This document shows positions 45,801 through 60,800 of a stretch of DNA of 64,000 nucleotides, one piece after another. Within the stretch, counting starts at the first letter, position 1. The number at the start of each line of letters is the position of its first letter. The DNA is from Halarcobacter sp. Its GTDB lineage: Bacteria > Campylobacterota > Campylobacteria > Campylobacterales > Arcobacteraceae. A model generated the notes under the pieces. That model searched no databases, was not told the origin of the DNA, and saw only the letters and a list, made by a program, of their open reading frames with translations. A program made the position numbers and the translations under genes. The stretch spans positions 3,168,001-3,232,000 of the forward strand of contig CP182352.1 in assembly GCA_048571215.1 (NCBI GenBank). The letters run 5' to 3'.

Positions 45801-48800
45801 TGTTGCACCATTTGCATTAACCCCTGTTATAGTTAAAGTGTCTTTTGAAACTATATTTATATCATCTGTTGCACTAATAATACCCGTTAGATTTGTTGTT
45901 CCGTTTGATACAAAATTTATATTTGAACCACTAATTGTTTCTCCGGCAAATTCTCCCCCAAGAATATCAATCTCTTCATAATTTGTTTCTGTATATGTTT
46001 CAGTTTGAGTGTCGTATACAGTTTCATAAGTCCATACAGTTTCATTTGAGTAAGATATATTCTCTTTTTCAATGGTTTTTGTCTCAAAAATAGGTCTATC
46101 ATCATATATGTTATGGCTTTGAGTTACTAATTGATACTCAAGTTTTATTCTATTGTCATATATATTATGTGTATTAGAGGTCCATTTATATTCATAATCA
46201 TATTGAGTCTCAGTAACAATTGTAGTGTACTCATCTCTTGTTCTTGCATACCAGTGCATTGAATCTATTCCAGAAGAGTTATACCACCCTCTAGTTTGGA
46301 TTTGATGTCCATTACTACCATCACCAGTAAATGAATCCGCCCAGTTTTCATGCCATCCTCTTGTTCCATTCTCCCAATCAAAACTACTATAACTTGTACT
46401 TCCTGCCCAAGAGTAATATCTAACTTGTCCTCTATCATTCCAATCACCCCAGTACTTGAAACTACCAACTTTTACATTTGTTCTTGTTGATGAGTCGATT
46501 TGAGTTAAACTTGAAGTATCATTATCTAATACTGAATCATAAGTAGATAAGGCATAAATATTATCTGTATATCTTACAGTATTATAAGGATCGTTGGCAT
46601 ATGGATCACTAGAATTTGTCATTTCGGTTGATTCCCAAGTCCAATTTGGGTCTCTATTCGCACTTAGAACTCTAGTATCAGCATTACCTGCTATAACCTC
46701 GCCATCTAAATCATATACTCTATATCCTGTACCATCAGTATAAGTATTTTTTACTGTATCTATAGCATTAGTATTTGCTTTTGCTGAAGTATCATATTCT
46801 ACTTTCCATCTAGCTGCACTACTATCATAATCTACTTCGCTATTTCTACCACTCCATTCAGAAGAGTTATTTTTATCAGTTGTATTATATGTTGTTGTAG
46901 TTCCATCAAATCTTGATTTATCTTGAGTATAAATAACTTCTGAATAATCAACATATGAACCTACATATTCTCCCACTCCTGAAGTATCTAAACTATAACC
47001 TAAAGTTCCTGCAACAGCCATTTTTTGGGAGAAGGTTAAGTCTGCCCATTCTTTAGTTTCATCAATTGATGCTGTGTATCCTAATTTTGTAGCTTCTTTT
47101 ACTTTTGCTGCATATGTTAAGTTATCAAAATCAATTTTTTCAAGATAATAACCAAGAGATTGCATAACTGCTTGTTTTTGTACAGTTGATAAATTAGCAT
47201 ATTCTGTAGTCTCTGATGGAGCAGTTGCATTTAATAATCCCCAAGGGATATCTGCATTATTATAATCTGTTCCTAAGACTAAATTCTCTTTATAATAATC
47301 TAATTCAAATAATACAGCATATTGTTGAGTATAACTTAAGTCCTCAAAATCTGTATTTGAAGAAGGAGCTGTTGCTCCATAGGCTGACCAGTTTATAGTT
47401 TGTCCATTATATTGTGAACCTGAAACAGTTATTTCACTTATTAAGTCTTCAATTGATACATCTACAAAGATATTTTTACTTAAATCAGATAATGTTGTCG
47501 CACCTTTTTTGTAAACAATAGGTATCTCTGCCCCATAAGTTTCCCAAGAGATTGCTGCATTATTTGTATAATCAGTACCTTTTACAAAAGATGCTTTTTC
47601 ATTACCATTAACATTAACAAATTTCACTCCAGCTTCACTTGCAGATTTCCATGTTCCTGTGTTTCCAATGTCTGTAGAATCACCTGTTAAGTATTTTGCT
47701 TCACCTTGAGAAACTACTCTTAATATATCTTCTTGAGCACCTTCTGGCATAAGAATATATTTATCTTTCCAGCCATCAATTTGGATATTATAAACTTTTT
47801 GGCCTGCATCTTTCCATTCAGGTACATAAACTTGTGGGTCTGAAATAGTTCCATTTCTAACTTGGTTTTTTAAGGCATTTGTATAAGAAAACTGATATAC
47901 AGCTTTATAACCAGTTGCATTTAATACAGCTTGCTTTTGTGCGTCATTTAAACCTGTAAAAGTTTTATAATCACTTGATTTATAATCACTTGTAACTGAT
48001 TCTGCTGTTCTGTTTGGAGTTGCTTCATTTCCCGCATTTGCCCAATCAATATTATCATTTAAATAATCAATTCCTTCAATTAGAATCTCTCTAAATTTAT
48101 TTCCATCTGTTGCATTTGGATTATAATATCCTACCATTTCTAAAGAAACATCCATAGTGATATAATAGTTTCCAACTACAACTTTTTCTTCACCTACTTG
48201 CTCTGTTAATCTTGTAGAAACCCAAGTGATTTTAGGAACTTGTATTTGTTCTGCATGTGGAATACTTCCAGATACAACTGTATATTCTTTTGTATATGTA
48301 GTAACAACAGGTATTTCAACTTTAACATCACCAGATACAGAACTGTCTGCATTAACTGTAATATCATTTCCTGCTTGAGCAGTTATATCTCCATCAATTG
48401 CAGTTATAACACCTTGTTTTGAAATAAGTATATTGCCGTTTGTTAGACTTACAGATGATATTACACCTTCTAAAACAGCATTTGTGTTATCAGTATCTAT
48501 CCCTGCATTTAAATCTATATCATTTTTAGATTTTACAGTTCCTGTTATAATTAGGTCTTTACCAACATTTATTAATAGTCGAGAGTTATTCCCTGTTGTT
48601 TCAACAATACCATAGATTCTTGCAGTTGATGCAATAATATGAACTAAATTATCTGCTCTAACATATCCCTCTTCAGGTAAAGCTGCTGTATAAAAAGTTT
48701 CTGATGCTCTTAGAGTAATAGATGAGTTAGCACTTCTTGCAAATATATGTCCATCTATAATATTTATATTTTTTGAAATCACTTCAATATTATTTTTAGC

Positions 48801-51800
48801 TTCAACATTACCCATAATAGTTACATCTGAAGCAAGAACCTCAATATAAATTGAATCAGTTAATGCTACATTTTCATTATTTACTTCTACTACTTCACCT
48901 AAATTCCCTTTTATTAAAATTGAATTTTGAGAATACAATTCTATGCTACCTGAATCAGATGTTTTAACACTTCCTCCTGAAATATAGTCATCATTATCAT
49001 CTGTAATAAAACTATTTATAATAATACCAGCACCTGTTGTACTCGTACCACCTTTTAGAACTATCTTATCATCTGCATGTACAACACCATCAATTAGAAG
49101 AAGTGAATAACTTGTAATATTTAAATCAGCCCCATCATCAGTACTTTTAATATTTCCATATATTTGAATATCTCCATCACTTATGATGTTTATTACTCCA
49201 TCTGCTGTATCTGCAAATTGTCCATTTGTTGTAACATCAACTGCAATTATACTTTCAGAAGAAACAGAAAGACCAACTCTATTTACATCTTCACCAGTAG
49301 TAATAGAGATACTTCCTGTTGATTCAATATTGGCACCCCACGTAATTAGATTATTATTCTCATCTAAACCATTACCACCTAATATTGTACTACCTTGTGT
49401 TGTAATACTTATTTTTCCTAATGATGCAAGCCATTTTGATTTGTTTGCATCTGTATCAAAACTTGCCCCAGCCCTAATAGTTCCTATTGCTACAAGATTA
49501 TTAGCTGTAATTTTTATTTCGTTTTTACTTAAAATTTGTGCATCAAAGCCTACAAAAATATCTCCTTCAGCTCTTACATCTACATATCCATTTGCATCTA
49601 AGATAACAGCACCAGCACTTTCAACTCCATCTTGTGGTGTTGTATCTCCTAGATAAATATCTCCATCTGAATATAATTTTAAATGTTGGTTTGGATTATC
49701 AATTATTAATTTAAGGTTATTTAAAACTATATCTTCAGTTGTTTGAATTTTCATAGAACCATCAAGCTCTACAACCCCTTGTAGATTTACCCCTTTGTCA
49801 GCTATAAAACTTAATTCTTCATCATATAAAGAACTTGTATTTCTACTACTTAAAATTACCCCATGAACATCAATATTTCTACCACTTAGTATTATTTGAG
49901 CACCAGTTTCAATATAACCTGATTGTTTCTCAATAGATAAGTCACCTTTATATGCTAAGATAGTTAAGTTTTCAAGGTTTGTATTTACAATACCATCTTT
50001 ATCTTTACCAATGGTACTATTTATTACAACATCATTGTACCCTTGAATTCTGATATTTCCACCAACATCTAAAGTGGTAATAGAACTTGTACCAAAGGTT
50101 TCAATACTTGTTTCACCTTCATTTAAAACTTGACCAGCAGTTATAAAAATATCATCTTGTGCAGTTATACTACCTTTTATCTCTAAAGTATTTTTAGATT
50201 CTAAAATAATATCAGCACCTGCACCTCTTGCAATCAAATCACCTAATAAAACACCATTGTCTCCTGGATTTAGATAAATACTTCCAGATAAAGTTTCAAT
50301 TGTTCCAAATGCACCAAAATAGAAATCTTGATTACCACCATCTGTTGGTTTTTCTCCACTATAGAAATTAAGACCACTATGTGCTTTTATCCAGTTTGAT
50401 AAATATATAGAACCATTTTCTAAACCATTTTTACCAAGGTTTACAACTGAACCTTTTTGTGAAGCATCAACAGCAATTGAACTTACAGAAGATAAGTCAA
50501 CTCCTGTAGCAAAACCTAATTTATCTAAATTTATTGAATTCGATTTAATATCAAATGAATAATCTGAAGTAAGCATCAATCTTCCATCTACAACTCTTAC
50601 TGTTACTTTATTTTCAATGGTTTGAGTTGAGTTTAAAGCAGGAGTTCCTGATAGTGATTGAGTAACTGTGAAAGCAGTTGAGTTTATAGCATTTTGGATA
50701 TCTGCTTTTAAATCACTAATACTATTATTATCTAAAGTATCATTAGCACTTATTAGAACATCACCTTTTACTATGTGTGTACCTAAATCAATTTCTAAAG
50801 ATAAAGTTACATCTTGGGTTAATTGCCCATTAGCATATTCTAAGAAAGTTGAAGCTAATAACTCATCATTCCATACAGGAGCAAGGATAGCTAAATCACC
50901 ACTTGAACTTAATGTTATAGTACTATTTTCTTGTAATGTTTTGATATCAAGTCCAGCACCGATAACTAAACCTTGGTCTTTTAGATTAAAGAAATGTCCA
51001 TCTTCTCCAAGTGTCTCATCAATATCTCTTTGTGTACCATTTCCACCTCTAATATCAACTAAAGCACCTGCAACAATATCTCTACCTATTTCAACTTGAC
51101 TTTTTGATTCTATAATTACTTTTGAGTTTCCTCCATAATTATTTATCATATAACCTAGAGTTGTTCCTGTTGGATCATAATATGTATCAATAGAAGCACC
51201 TGCTGCTATTAAACCATATATTAAAGCATCATCATATGCTTTTAAAGTAATAACTCCATCAGCATCATGAGTTGCTAATTTTGCTCCTCCTGGTAAATAT
51301 ATACCGATATGATCATTGCTAACACCACCTATTATAGTTATTTCATTATTGGCTTGTATAATTCCACCAACCTCTACAATATCGCCACTTTGAGTTTCGG
51401 TATCTCCTGCAATTGATACCTTTCCTAAACTTTCAATAGTAACAGTTGAATATTCATCTGACCATGTAATATCTTCAGAAATTAAATTCCCCTGTGAATC
51501 AAAGGTTTGTTTAACTGTACCCCCTGAAAGTATCATCCCAATTGCTTCAATATCTCCAACAGTACTAATATTTATTGAACCACCTGAGTTGTCACTAGTC
51601 TCTCCCCCAACAGTTAAACCACCAGCACTTGTTATGATTAAACTTTTATTTAAATCGTCACTTGATGGAGCATTTAAGGTTTCAATTGTAATTGATTTTG
51701 AGGCTAAAATGGCAGTATTGATTAAAACTTGCTCTCCAGCTCCAATATAAACAGTTGAGTCATTACCTGCAAAGTTTATATTACCAATATCTAAGTTTAC

Positions 51801-54800
51801 TCCTGAAGCAACCTGTCCATGAATCTCTACATCTTTACCACCAATAACAGTGATATTATTTCCGCTACTAGTATTGTTTAATTTAGAAGTTGCATGTATA
51901 AATACACTTGTTTCTTTTACAGTATTCGTTATATCAAAAGTGTTTAAATCAACACCACCTAATATTGATATATCTCCTGTAACTTCAGCTTCACCTTCCC
52001 AATATACCCATTTGTCAGATTGAACAACTAAACTTGAGTTTTCTCCATATAAGTTGATGTTCCCTCTAACAATTGTATCTTCAGCTCCTGATATAACCAT
52101 ATCAGTATTATCTTGTAGTGAAGTTAGTGTTCCTGTAAGTAAGAAGCCATAACCTCTTTGTCCAACTAGTTCATGTTTTTCTTGAACTCTAATTTTTTCT
52201 GCAACTCCATCTCCTGTGATATCTTCCGCATAAAGGATATAACTATTTTCACCGTCAGATACAATCCATCTATTAGTTGAAGAGAATGAGGTAGTCCCCC
52301 AATCCATATTTGAGTTTGAATAATCTATACCCTCTTCAAAAGAACTAAGTAGTTTTTTGTTTTCAGCAGCATCAGCTTTATAATAGAATTTATTAGAATA
52401 TTCACTATATCCTGTTTGGTTTAATACATAATATTTTTGAGAAGCATTTAAGTCTTCAAATAAAACATCATCATCTGGAACTTCAACTTTACTCCATGTG
52501 ATTGAATCATTTGTGTAATCTCCTCCATCACCCTCAACAAAAGTTAATTTAAAATCTTCTCCATTTGTATAAACTACACCTGTGAAAAGTCTATATCCTT
52601 TTTCATTTAATACTATCTCTTTTTGTAAAGCATTTAAGTCTTTAAATTTAGCATCATCAGCTGGTTTGTTAACATCTTTCCAATCAATTGAGCTATTTGA
52701 ATAATCATCACCTTCAACTAGAGTTGTTAAAAGTTTTTTCCCATCTGCTGCATTGGTATTATAATAAATAGTATCATTGTATCTTGAATATTCAAGTGAT
52801 GTTAATACAACTTCTTGTTGAGCTAAAGTTAAAGATTCAAAAGTTGTTCCATCTTCAGGAGCTTTTACTCCTCCCCAATTGATATTTCTAACTTGGAAAT
52901 CTCCACCTGCTGTTGTAGATTTTACAATCTGTTTTCCATCTTCTAAATTAAGGTTTACATATACATCTTCATAAACTGCATATCCTAAACTTTGTGCAAC
53001 AACTATTTTTTGTTCTTTTGTTAAAGAGCTAAATGTAGCTGAATCATTTGGCGCTGTTATATCTCCCCAATAGATATCTTCATTTTTATAATCTGTAAGT
53101 ATCCCTTCAGTAAATGTTTTAAGATATTTTTTACCAGCATCTGCATTATAGTTATAAAATGAAACACCCTCATCATCTGTAGAGTATCCTAAACTTTGTG
53201 CAACAACTATTTTTTGAGCTGTTGTTAATTGTTCAAAGCTTGCATCTGCACTTGGAGCTCCTACACTCCCCCAATTTATTAAGTCATTGTCATAATCTGC
53301 TGAAACACCTTGTTTAAAAGAAGTTGCAAGGGTATTATTATCTAAATCAATAAATACCAAACCATCATAATATGTATAACCAGATTCAATATTTGGACCA
53401 TCACCATTTATAAGTGTTGTTATAAGTTGTTTTGTACCAGTGAAATCTTCATTAAAATAATAAGACTTATCACTTGGGTTATAAATTGTATAACCTAATG
53501 CAAGAGCAACTTGATCTTTTTGTTCATCACTTAAAGATGAAAAAGGTGTATAGTTAGATATAGAAGTGATACTTGGATTAGAACCAAGTTTTATATTATT
53601 TGTATTTAGTGCATCTATGATTTCTTGAGGTAAAGTCCCACTATTTATACTATCTTCTAAAGCTTTTGTATAATCTACATAGGTTAGATTTTCCCCTGGA
53701 ATTGTATCAAAATAATCTGCATGATCACTGTCTGAACCACCACCTATTAGATTCATTGCTCCTGATGATGTGATAGCTCCCGCTAGTTTCATCTCACCAG
53801 TTGTTTCTAAGGTAATAGATGAATCAGCACCAGTTTTTTCAAACTCTTTTGTATCTTGATTCCATTTAGCACCTGCAGTAATAGAACCACCACTATTAAT
53901 ATGTAAATAATCATCTGCACTTAAGTTAATAGAAGAGTTTGCTTCTCTTGCAGCTATAACTGCACCTTCTAATACTGTAAGACCTGTGTTTGATGACATA
54001 GTTATAGTTGAATTAGAACCAAAAGCCTTTATTGTAGTGGCACTATAAATTGAAGCTGCAGTATTTAAAGTGATTGTTGCTCCACTATTATATGTTGCAA
54101 AAACACTCCCTTGGTCTGCTGTGAAACTATTTGCTTCTGTCCCATAACCAACAATTGGGTTTGCACCAGTTGTTGAGTGGATATTAACATTTATACTGTC
54201 ATCAGCTCTTAACCATCCTGTTAAAATTAATTGCTCATCTAATTTTATATCTATATCTTTTGCATAGATTCCAGAGTCTGGAGTCCCCAATGGAGCATGA
54301 GTATTTGTTTTTCTAACTTCCATATATCTTGCAACAATTTCAATTTTGTCAGTAGATTTTACATCTCCTACTACATTTATTCTTCCTGCAAAAATAGAAA
54401 GATAATCAGTTAATTTTGCGTTAAATGAAAAGTTACCAATAATGCTATCTTCTAAATCTCCAAGATAGGTAGTTGTAGATGTTGTTTCATCTCCAATTGT
54501 AATATGAGAGAAACCATTTTTAAATGCAGAGAAGTCTTGCATAGATAAATGCATAAAACCATTTGCTAAACTATCTGATTTATCAATACCATATGTAGTT
54601 TGTGCAGCAGAACCTAAGTTATAGTTTTGGCTTGAAGATTTTGCTTTGATTGTTAAGTTACCAGTACCTATAACTTTGTCATTACCTGACTCTAACTCTA
54701 TATCATCTGCAATGATAGAAATATCTCCACCAGAAGTTGAGGTACTAATAGCACCAGAACTTAATGTTAATTGAGATTCATATGCATTTAATGTAATATC

Positions 54801-57800
54801 AATATTCCCATTTACTGTATAAATACCACCATTCGCTTTATTGTCATCAACAACTACTAAATCATTTTTTTCTATAATTGTGATATTCCCATTTGTATTA
54901 CTTGTGTTAACTATATTTATCTCTTTAACATCAGTAACTATATCCCCAATTATTCCATTTGATACTAAGCTTAATCTTGCAGTTGGTGCTATAAATTCAA
55001 GATCACTTACATTGATAGTTCCGTTAGATAATACTGTTAGCCCAGTATTTCCCCAAGTATCACCTTGAGAATTATTTTTTATTGTTGTAGATGTTGAAGT
55101 GTCTCTTACTTGAATCATCTCTAATGAATCGGTAGTATTTATTGTAATTCCGCCATAATTAAATAGTCTATTTCCTACTATAAGATCTTTATCTGATAGA
55201 ATATCAATAAAAACTTTATCATAACCACTTCCACCATCAATAGTTACAGTACCATTTTCAGTGATATTAATAATATCATCTCCACCTGCACTATTTACAG
55301 TATTGATTCCACCACCCATATCAATGATTTCACTTACATCTCCACCAATAAATTTGTCGTTTCCATCTTCACCGTAATATTTGATATTTGATGTTCCACC
55401 ACCAACAAGTAGGTCATTTCCTGAACCACCTCTAATAATACTATTTGATGCTCCACCTGCAATAATAAAGGTATCTTTACCATCACCTCCATCAAAAATT
55501 AATGTTTTTGTTACACTAGGATCGACAATGATTACATCATTACCTTCTCCTCCTGAACCATAAATTGTTTTTACTCCTGAGTAGGTTTTCTCTACACCCA
55601 TAGATTTTAATAAGATATTACCATTTTTATCTTCACTAATATTATAAGTTTCATGAATAACATCTTCATATAAATTACCTATTGCTCTATTTGCAGGAGT
55701 TTCTCTTTCTAGCCATCTATCACCCATATTTAAGTAAAGGGCATCACCTACTTGAGTTGCAATAATTGGTAAATCTCCCCAACTCCAAGTGATATCACCT
55801 GAGAAACTAATCCCTGCAACAGTTACTGAAGCTTGTAAATATGCACTAGCGGCTGTTAGTTCAATCTCACCTCTAAAACCAGCTAATGTTTCGTTTATTT
55901 CAAATAACCCAAGGTTTATATGTACATCAACACTTCCATATAACACTAATCCAACTATTGGACCTTTTTCAATGGTATTCCCAAAAGTCATCTCAACACC
56001 AGAAGTTATTTTAATAACCCCTAAGTCTATATTAAATCCAGCTTCACCTTCAATTAAGAAGTAACCATCACTTCTTAAGTAACCACTAATCCCTACATTT
56101 AAAATTCCAAAGAAGTCAACACTTGCATCATCAATTCTAAGTTCAAATACATTATCAACTATGCTAATTGAACCTTCAAAATTAGCTTTTAAGGCTAAAA
56201 TATTTAGCTTACCATCTAATTCTAGATTAAATAATGTCCCTTTTTCTACTCCTGCATAAACATTATTTTTACTTGTGTTAATTTGCACTTTTGCATTTGC
56301 ATCAATTCCAATAATACTTGCAAGTCCAAAAGAGATATCTGTTTCTAAACTCATCGCAAAAACAGCACCTTCATCTGCTGTATTTAATATAGATATAGCA
56401 CCATCTACATTAAGCTCTCCAAATTCTGCCAAATCAAGTTTTAATGCAGCATCTGCTTCAAAACCTTCTTCATTTACCTTAAGTGATATCTCACCATAAA
56501 GTGAAATAGCACCAGCTATTTTTATATTTGCAGTACCTGCAATAAATAATGTGCTTGCTGCAATATCCTCATCTACAAATTTTCCTGTTAATTGACCATT
56601 AGCATCTATTTCTAGTGCTTTTACACTTTGTTTTGAAGATGTAGTATTTACTTGTAATAAAAAACCACCTGATAGAGTAAATGCAGTTGCATCAATTAAT
56701 GGTGAGCCACCATTAAATGGATTCCCTAGCATCAATGAACCATAAAAACCACCCTCTGTTATACCTAATGTTCCAGTTACACCAATAGGCTCAATCACTG
56801 GTAAGTCTAAAATAGCTCCCACACTTAATACGATCCTAGTGTCCGTAAATAAAAAGTCAATATCACCTTTTAAGTCTAAGGCACTTAATAGATTTAATGT
56901 ACCTTTAGCTTCAAGCATCACATAGAAACTCATATCATCATCTTGGTAAGCTTCAGGTTTTGCTAAAATTGTTAGAGTTTCATAATCTACTTTATCTAAG
57001 AATTTTTCAGGAACTACATAAGTTATATCTTTTCCTGTTGTATTTATTGTTAAATCCAATTGCTCTATATTTAAAGTCATAACTGGACCTAAGTCAATAC
57101 CTGCATTTAATCTCGCTGTTAATGCCAACCCATCTTTGTCTATATATATAAGTGCAGATACAGCAGCTGTTATACTTATTGTACTATCATTTCCAATGAT
57201 TCCATCACCATCAATAAATAGCGTTAATCCTTCTGTATCTACACTTAGCTGGAAAACTGCTTGTAAAGAGAATACTCCCATTGTTTGTAAAGAAAGTTCA
57301 CCTGAAATATCTATAACAAATTCTTCATATTTTAAAACAATTGGATTTGCTTTATCTCCTGTTTCAATAGCATAACCTGTTTGTGTAGTACCATTTTCAT
57401 CTATCCAAGTTGATTTTGAGAAATCAACAGTCACTACACCAATTCCTATTGATGAGATATTTGCATTAAATTCAAGTTGTTCTATCTCTACTTCAACAAC
57501 ATCTGATGTTCCAACTAAACCAACTCTATCAATGCTTGTTGCAACAGCAAAATAAACATTAGTTAAGGTACCAACTTCTCTCATAAGGGTGGCACCTAAA
57601 TCCAAATCAGTAATTGCTAAACCTATTGCTGAAGAGTTAGTTGTATCTGCTTCTGTTATTCTTCCATCATTGTTTGTATCTTGATAATAATCTCCAACAC
57701 CTATAAATCCATAGGCATTAACTACTCCTAGTGATAAAGATATAACTTGAACTTCTCTTTGATCTGTTAATCGTACTGTTTCACTTCTTTTCGTAAATGC

Positions 57801-60800
57801 TAAAGAACCAAAAACTTGCAGACTTCCTAAAATATCTAATTTTGCATACTCTACACTAGCTTGAATAATTTCAGTATCAAAATCAATTGTGATAAAATCT
57901 AGACCCTCTTTTGATTCTTGACCTGGTGCAAGTTGGTAGCCAGTAGATACTTGTAAACCATTTGTTTCTGCAAAACTTTGTGTATAATCTATATATGGCA
58001 TTGCAGCTAATAATGTAGCTTGAGGTGGCAAACCTTTGATTAAACTTGTATTGATATTTATCTCCACACCTTCTAGTGACGCCTCAACATAATCTTCCAT
58101 ACCTATTAATGCAGCTTGATCAACGCTTGCTTTTGCAGTAACAAATTGGATTAGTCTACTTTGTATAATATCAGTTGGAGTCATAATTGCTGTTGCAAAA
58201 TTAACATTATCTATAAGTATTCCAGTAGCATTTGGATTTATTATTTCATAATCATTGTATGGATTACCATCACCATCAGAATCATAATCTAAATAGATAT
58301 CTTTCTTGTATGGACCACCAATACCAGCAAAACCAACCAAGTTTGCACCACCTAAAGTCATGATTGAAACCTCTTTTTCTCCACTAGGATAAAGTGTTTC
58401 AAAGTCTCCACTATCTACGAATACATTTGTTACTGTACCTTTTTCAAAAGAAAGAGAACCACTAAGATATAAGAATTCACTAACTTGAATAACTGCATTT
58501 CCTATTTCTGCACTTATTTTTTCATTCCCATCATAATCAATGGTCATTGATGTATCACCACCAGTTGGTATGACAAAGCCACCAGTAGAAGCAAAACTAT
58601 TTTCCCAATCTATAACAGCAGGACCCATATCTAAAGGCCATGAAGGTCCTGTATTTATTTGAATATCAATATCTCTAACATCTATTGTTAATACATTTTC
58701 CAAGCCCATAAATGCAGCTTTATCTGCAGTTGCTCTTACTGCTATAAATTCATCTAGGATTGGATTAATTATAGGAGATGTTGTAGTCATTATTGCCATT
58801 GCAAAATCAAGATTATCTATTGTTAAACCAACTGCATCATTATTGATTACATAGTCATTGTAAGGATTTCCATCCCCATCAGTGTCTGTAGATAAATCTT
58901 CATCAGCTTTATATGGTCCATTAATACCTACAAATGCTTGAACATTTGAAGCCCCAATAGTCATAGAAGCTACTTCAACTCCTTTAAGTAAAGAGTATGT
59001 TGAACCTGTTGTTGCTGCATCAAATAATGGATCTATAATAGGTTCAAAGTAATCTTTTTGACTAGCAGGTAATCCTGTTGCTATGTCTACTAGGTATGTA
59101 GGGCCTTTTTCGAAACTCATCCCTCCCTGAATATAGAGGAACTCACTAACTTGAAGTTTAGCTTGACCTATATCTACTCCAATTCTTTGGTTCCCATCAA
59201 AGTTTATATCCATTGAAGTTCCACCACCAGTTGGTATACTAAATATACCATCACCAGCACCAGCACTTGTCTCAAAGCTAGATGACCAATCAATAACAGC
59301 TGGTCCATATCCACCTAGCCATTCTGGTCCATCATTTACATTTATTGTAATATCATAAGCTTCAAGTACTAAGTTATCTCCAAAACCTACTAGTCCACCC
59401 ATTGCTGCTGTTGCTTTTACTGCTGTAAATCTATCTAATACTGGATTGATTATTGGTGATGTTGTATCCATAATCGCCATACCAAAATCTAAATCATCAA
59501 TTGTTACACCCATAGCATCATTATTTATTACATAGTCATTATAATTATTGCCATCTGTATATATTGAAGATAAAGTTCCATCAGTATTATAGATTAAACC
59601 TTTATATTTACCATTTGAATCTTTAGCCCAAGTTGTTAAATCTATTTCAGAACCTAAATCTTCATCAGCTTTATATGGTCCATTTAATCCTACGAATGCT
59701 TGTATATTAGATGCTCCAATAGTCATTGAAGCTACTTCAACATCATTTAACATTGAGTATGTTGAACCTGTTGCTGCTGCATCAAATAATGGATTTACTA
59801 AAGGACTTAATGTACTTTCTAAGTTTGCTGGTAAGCCTGTTGCTACATCTACTAAATATGTAGGACCTTTCTCAAATGCAAAGCCACCTTGTAGATATAC
59901 AAATTCACTAACTTGAAGTTTAGCTTGACCTATATCTACTCCAATTCTTTGGTTCCCATCAAAGTTTATATCCATTGAAGTTCCACCACCAGTTGGTATA
60001 CTAAATATACCATCACCAGCACCAGCACTTGTCTCAAAGCTAGATGACCAATCAATAACAGCTGGTCCATATCCACCTAGCCATTCTGGTCCATCATTTA
60101 CATTTATTGTAATATCATAAGCTTCAAGTACTAAGTTATCTCCAAAACCTACTAGTCCACCCATTGCTGCTGTTGCTTTTACTGCTGTAAATCTATCTAA
60201 TACTGGATTGATTATTGGTGATGTTGTATCCATAATCGCCATACCAAAATCTAAATCATCAATTGTTACACCCATAGCATCATTATTTATTACATAGTCA
60301 TTATAATTATTGCCATCTGTATATATTGAAGATAAAGTTCCATCAGTATTATAGATTAAACCTTTATATTTACCATTTGAATCTTTAGCCCAAGTTGTTA
60401 AATCTATTTCAGAACCTAAATCTTCATCAGCTTTATATGGTCCATTTAATCCTACGAATGCTTGTATATTAGATGCTCCAATAGTCATTGAAGCTACTTC
60501 AACATCATTTAACATTGAGTATGTTGAACCTGTTGCTGCTGCATCAAATAATGGATTTACTAAAGGACTTAATGTACTTTCTAAGTTTGCTGGTAAGCCT
60601 GTTGCTACATCTACTAAATATGTAGGACCTTTCTCAAATGCAAAGCCACCTTGTAGATATACAAATTCACTAACTTGAAGTTTAGCTTGACCTATATCTA
60701 CTCCAATTCTTTGGTTCCCATCAAAGTTTATATCCATTGAAGTTCCACCACCAGTTGGTATACTAAATATACCATCACCAGCACCAGCACTTGTCTCAAA

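Noticed and set aside
43958..46468. Short alternative-frame minus-strand ORFs within the giant gene
   Set aside because: At 60-70 aa they are expected by chance, and the main frame is uninterrupted.
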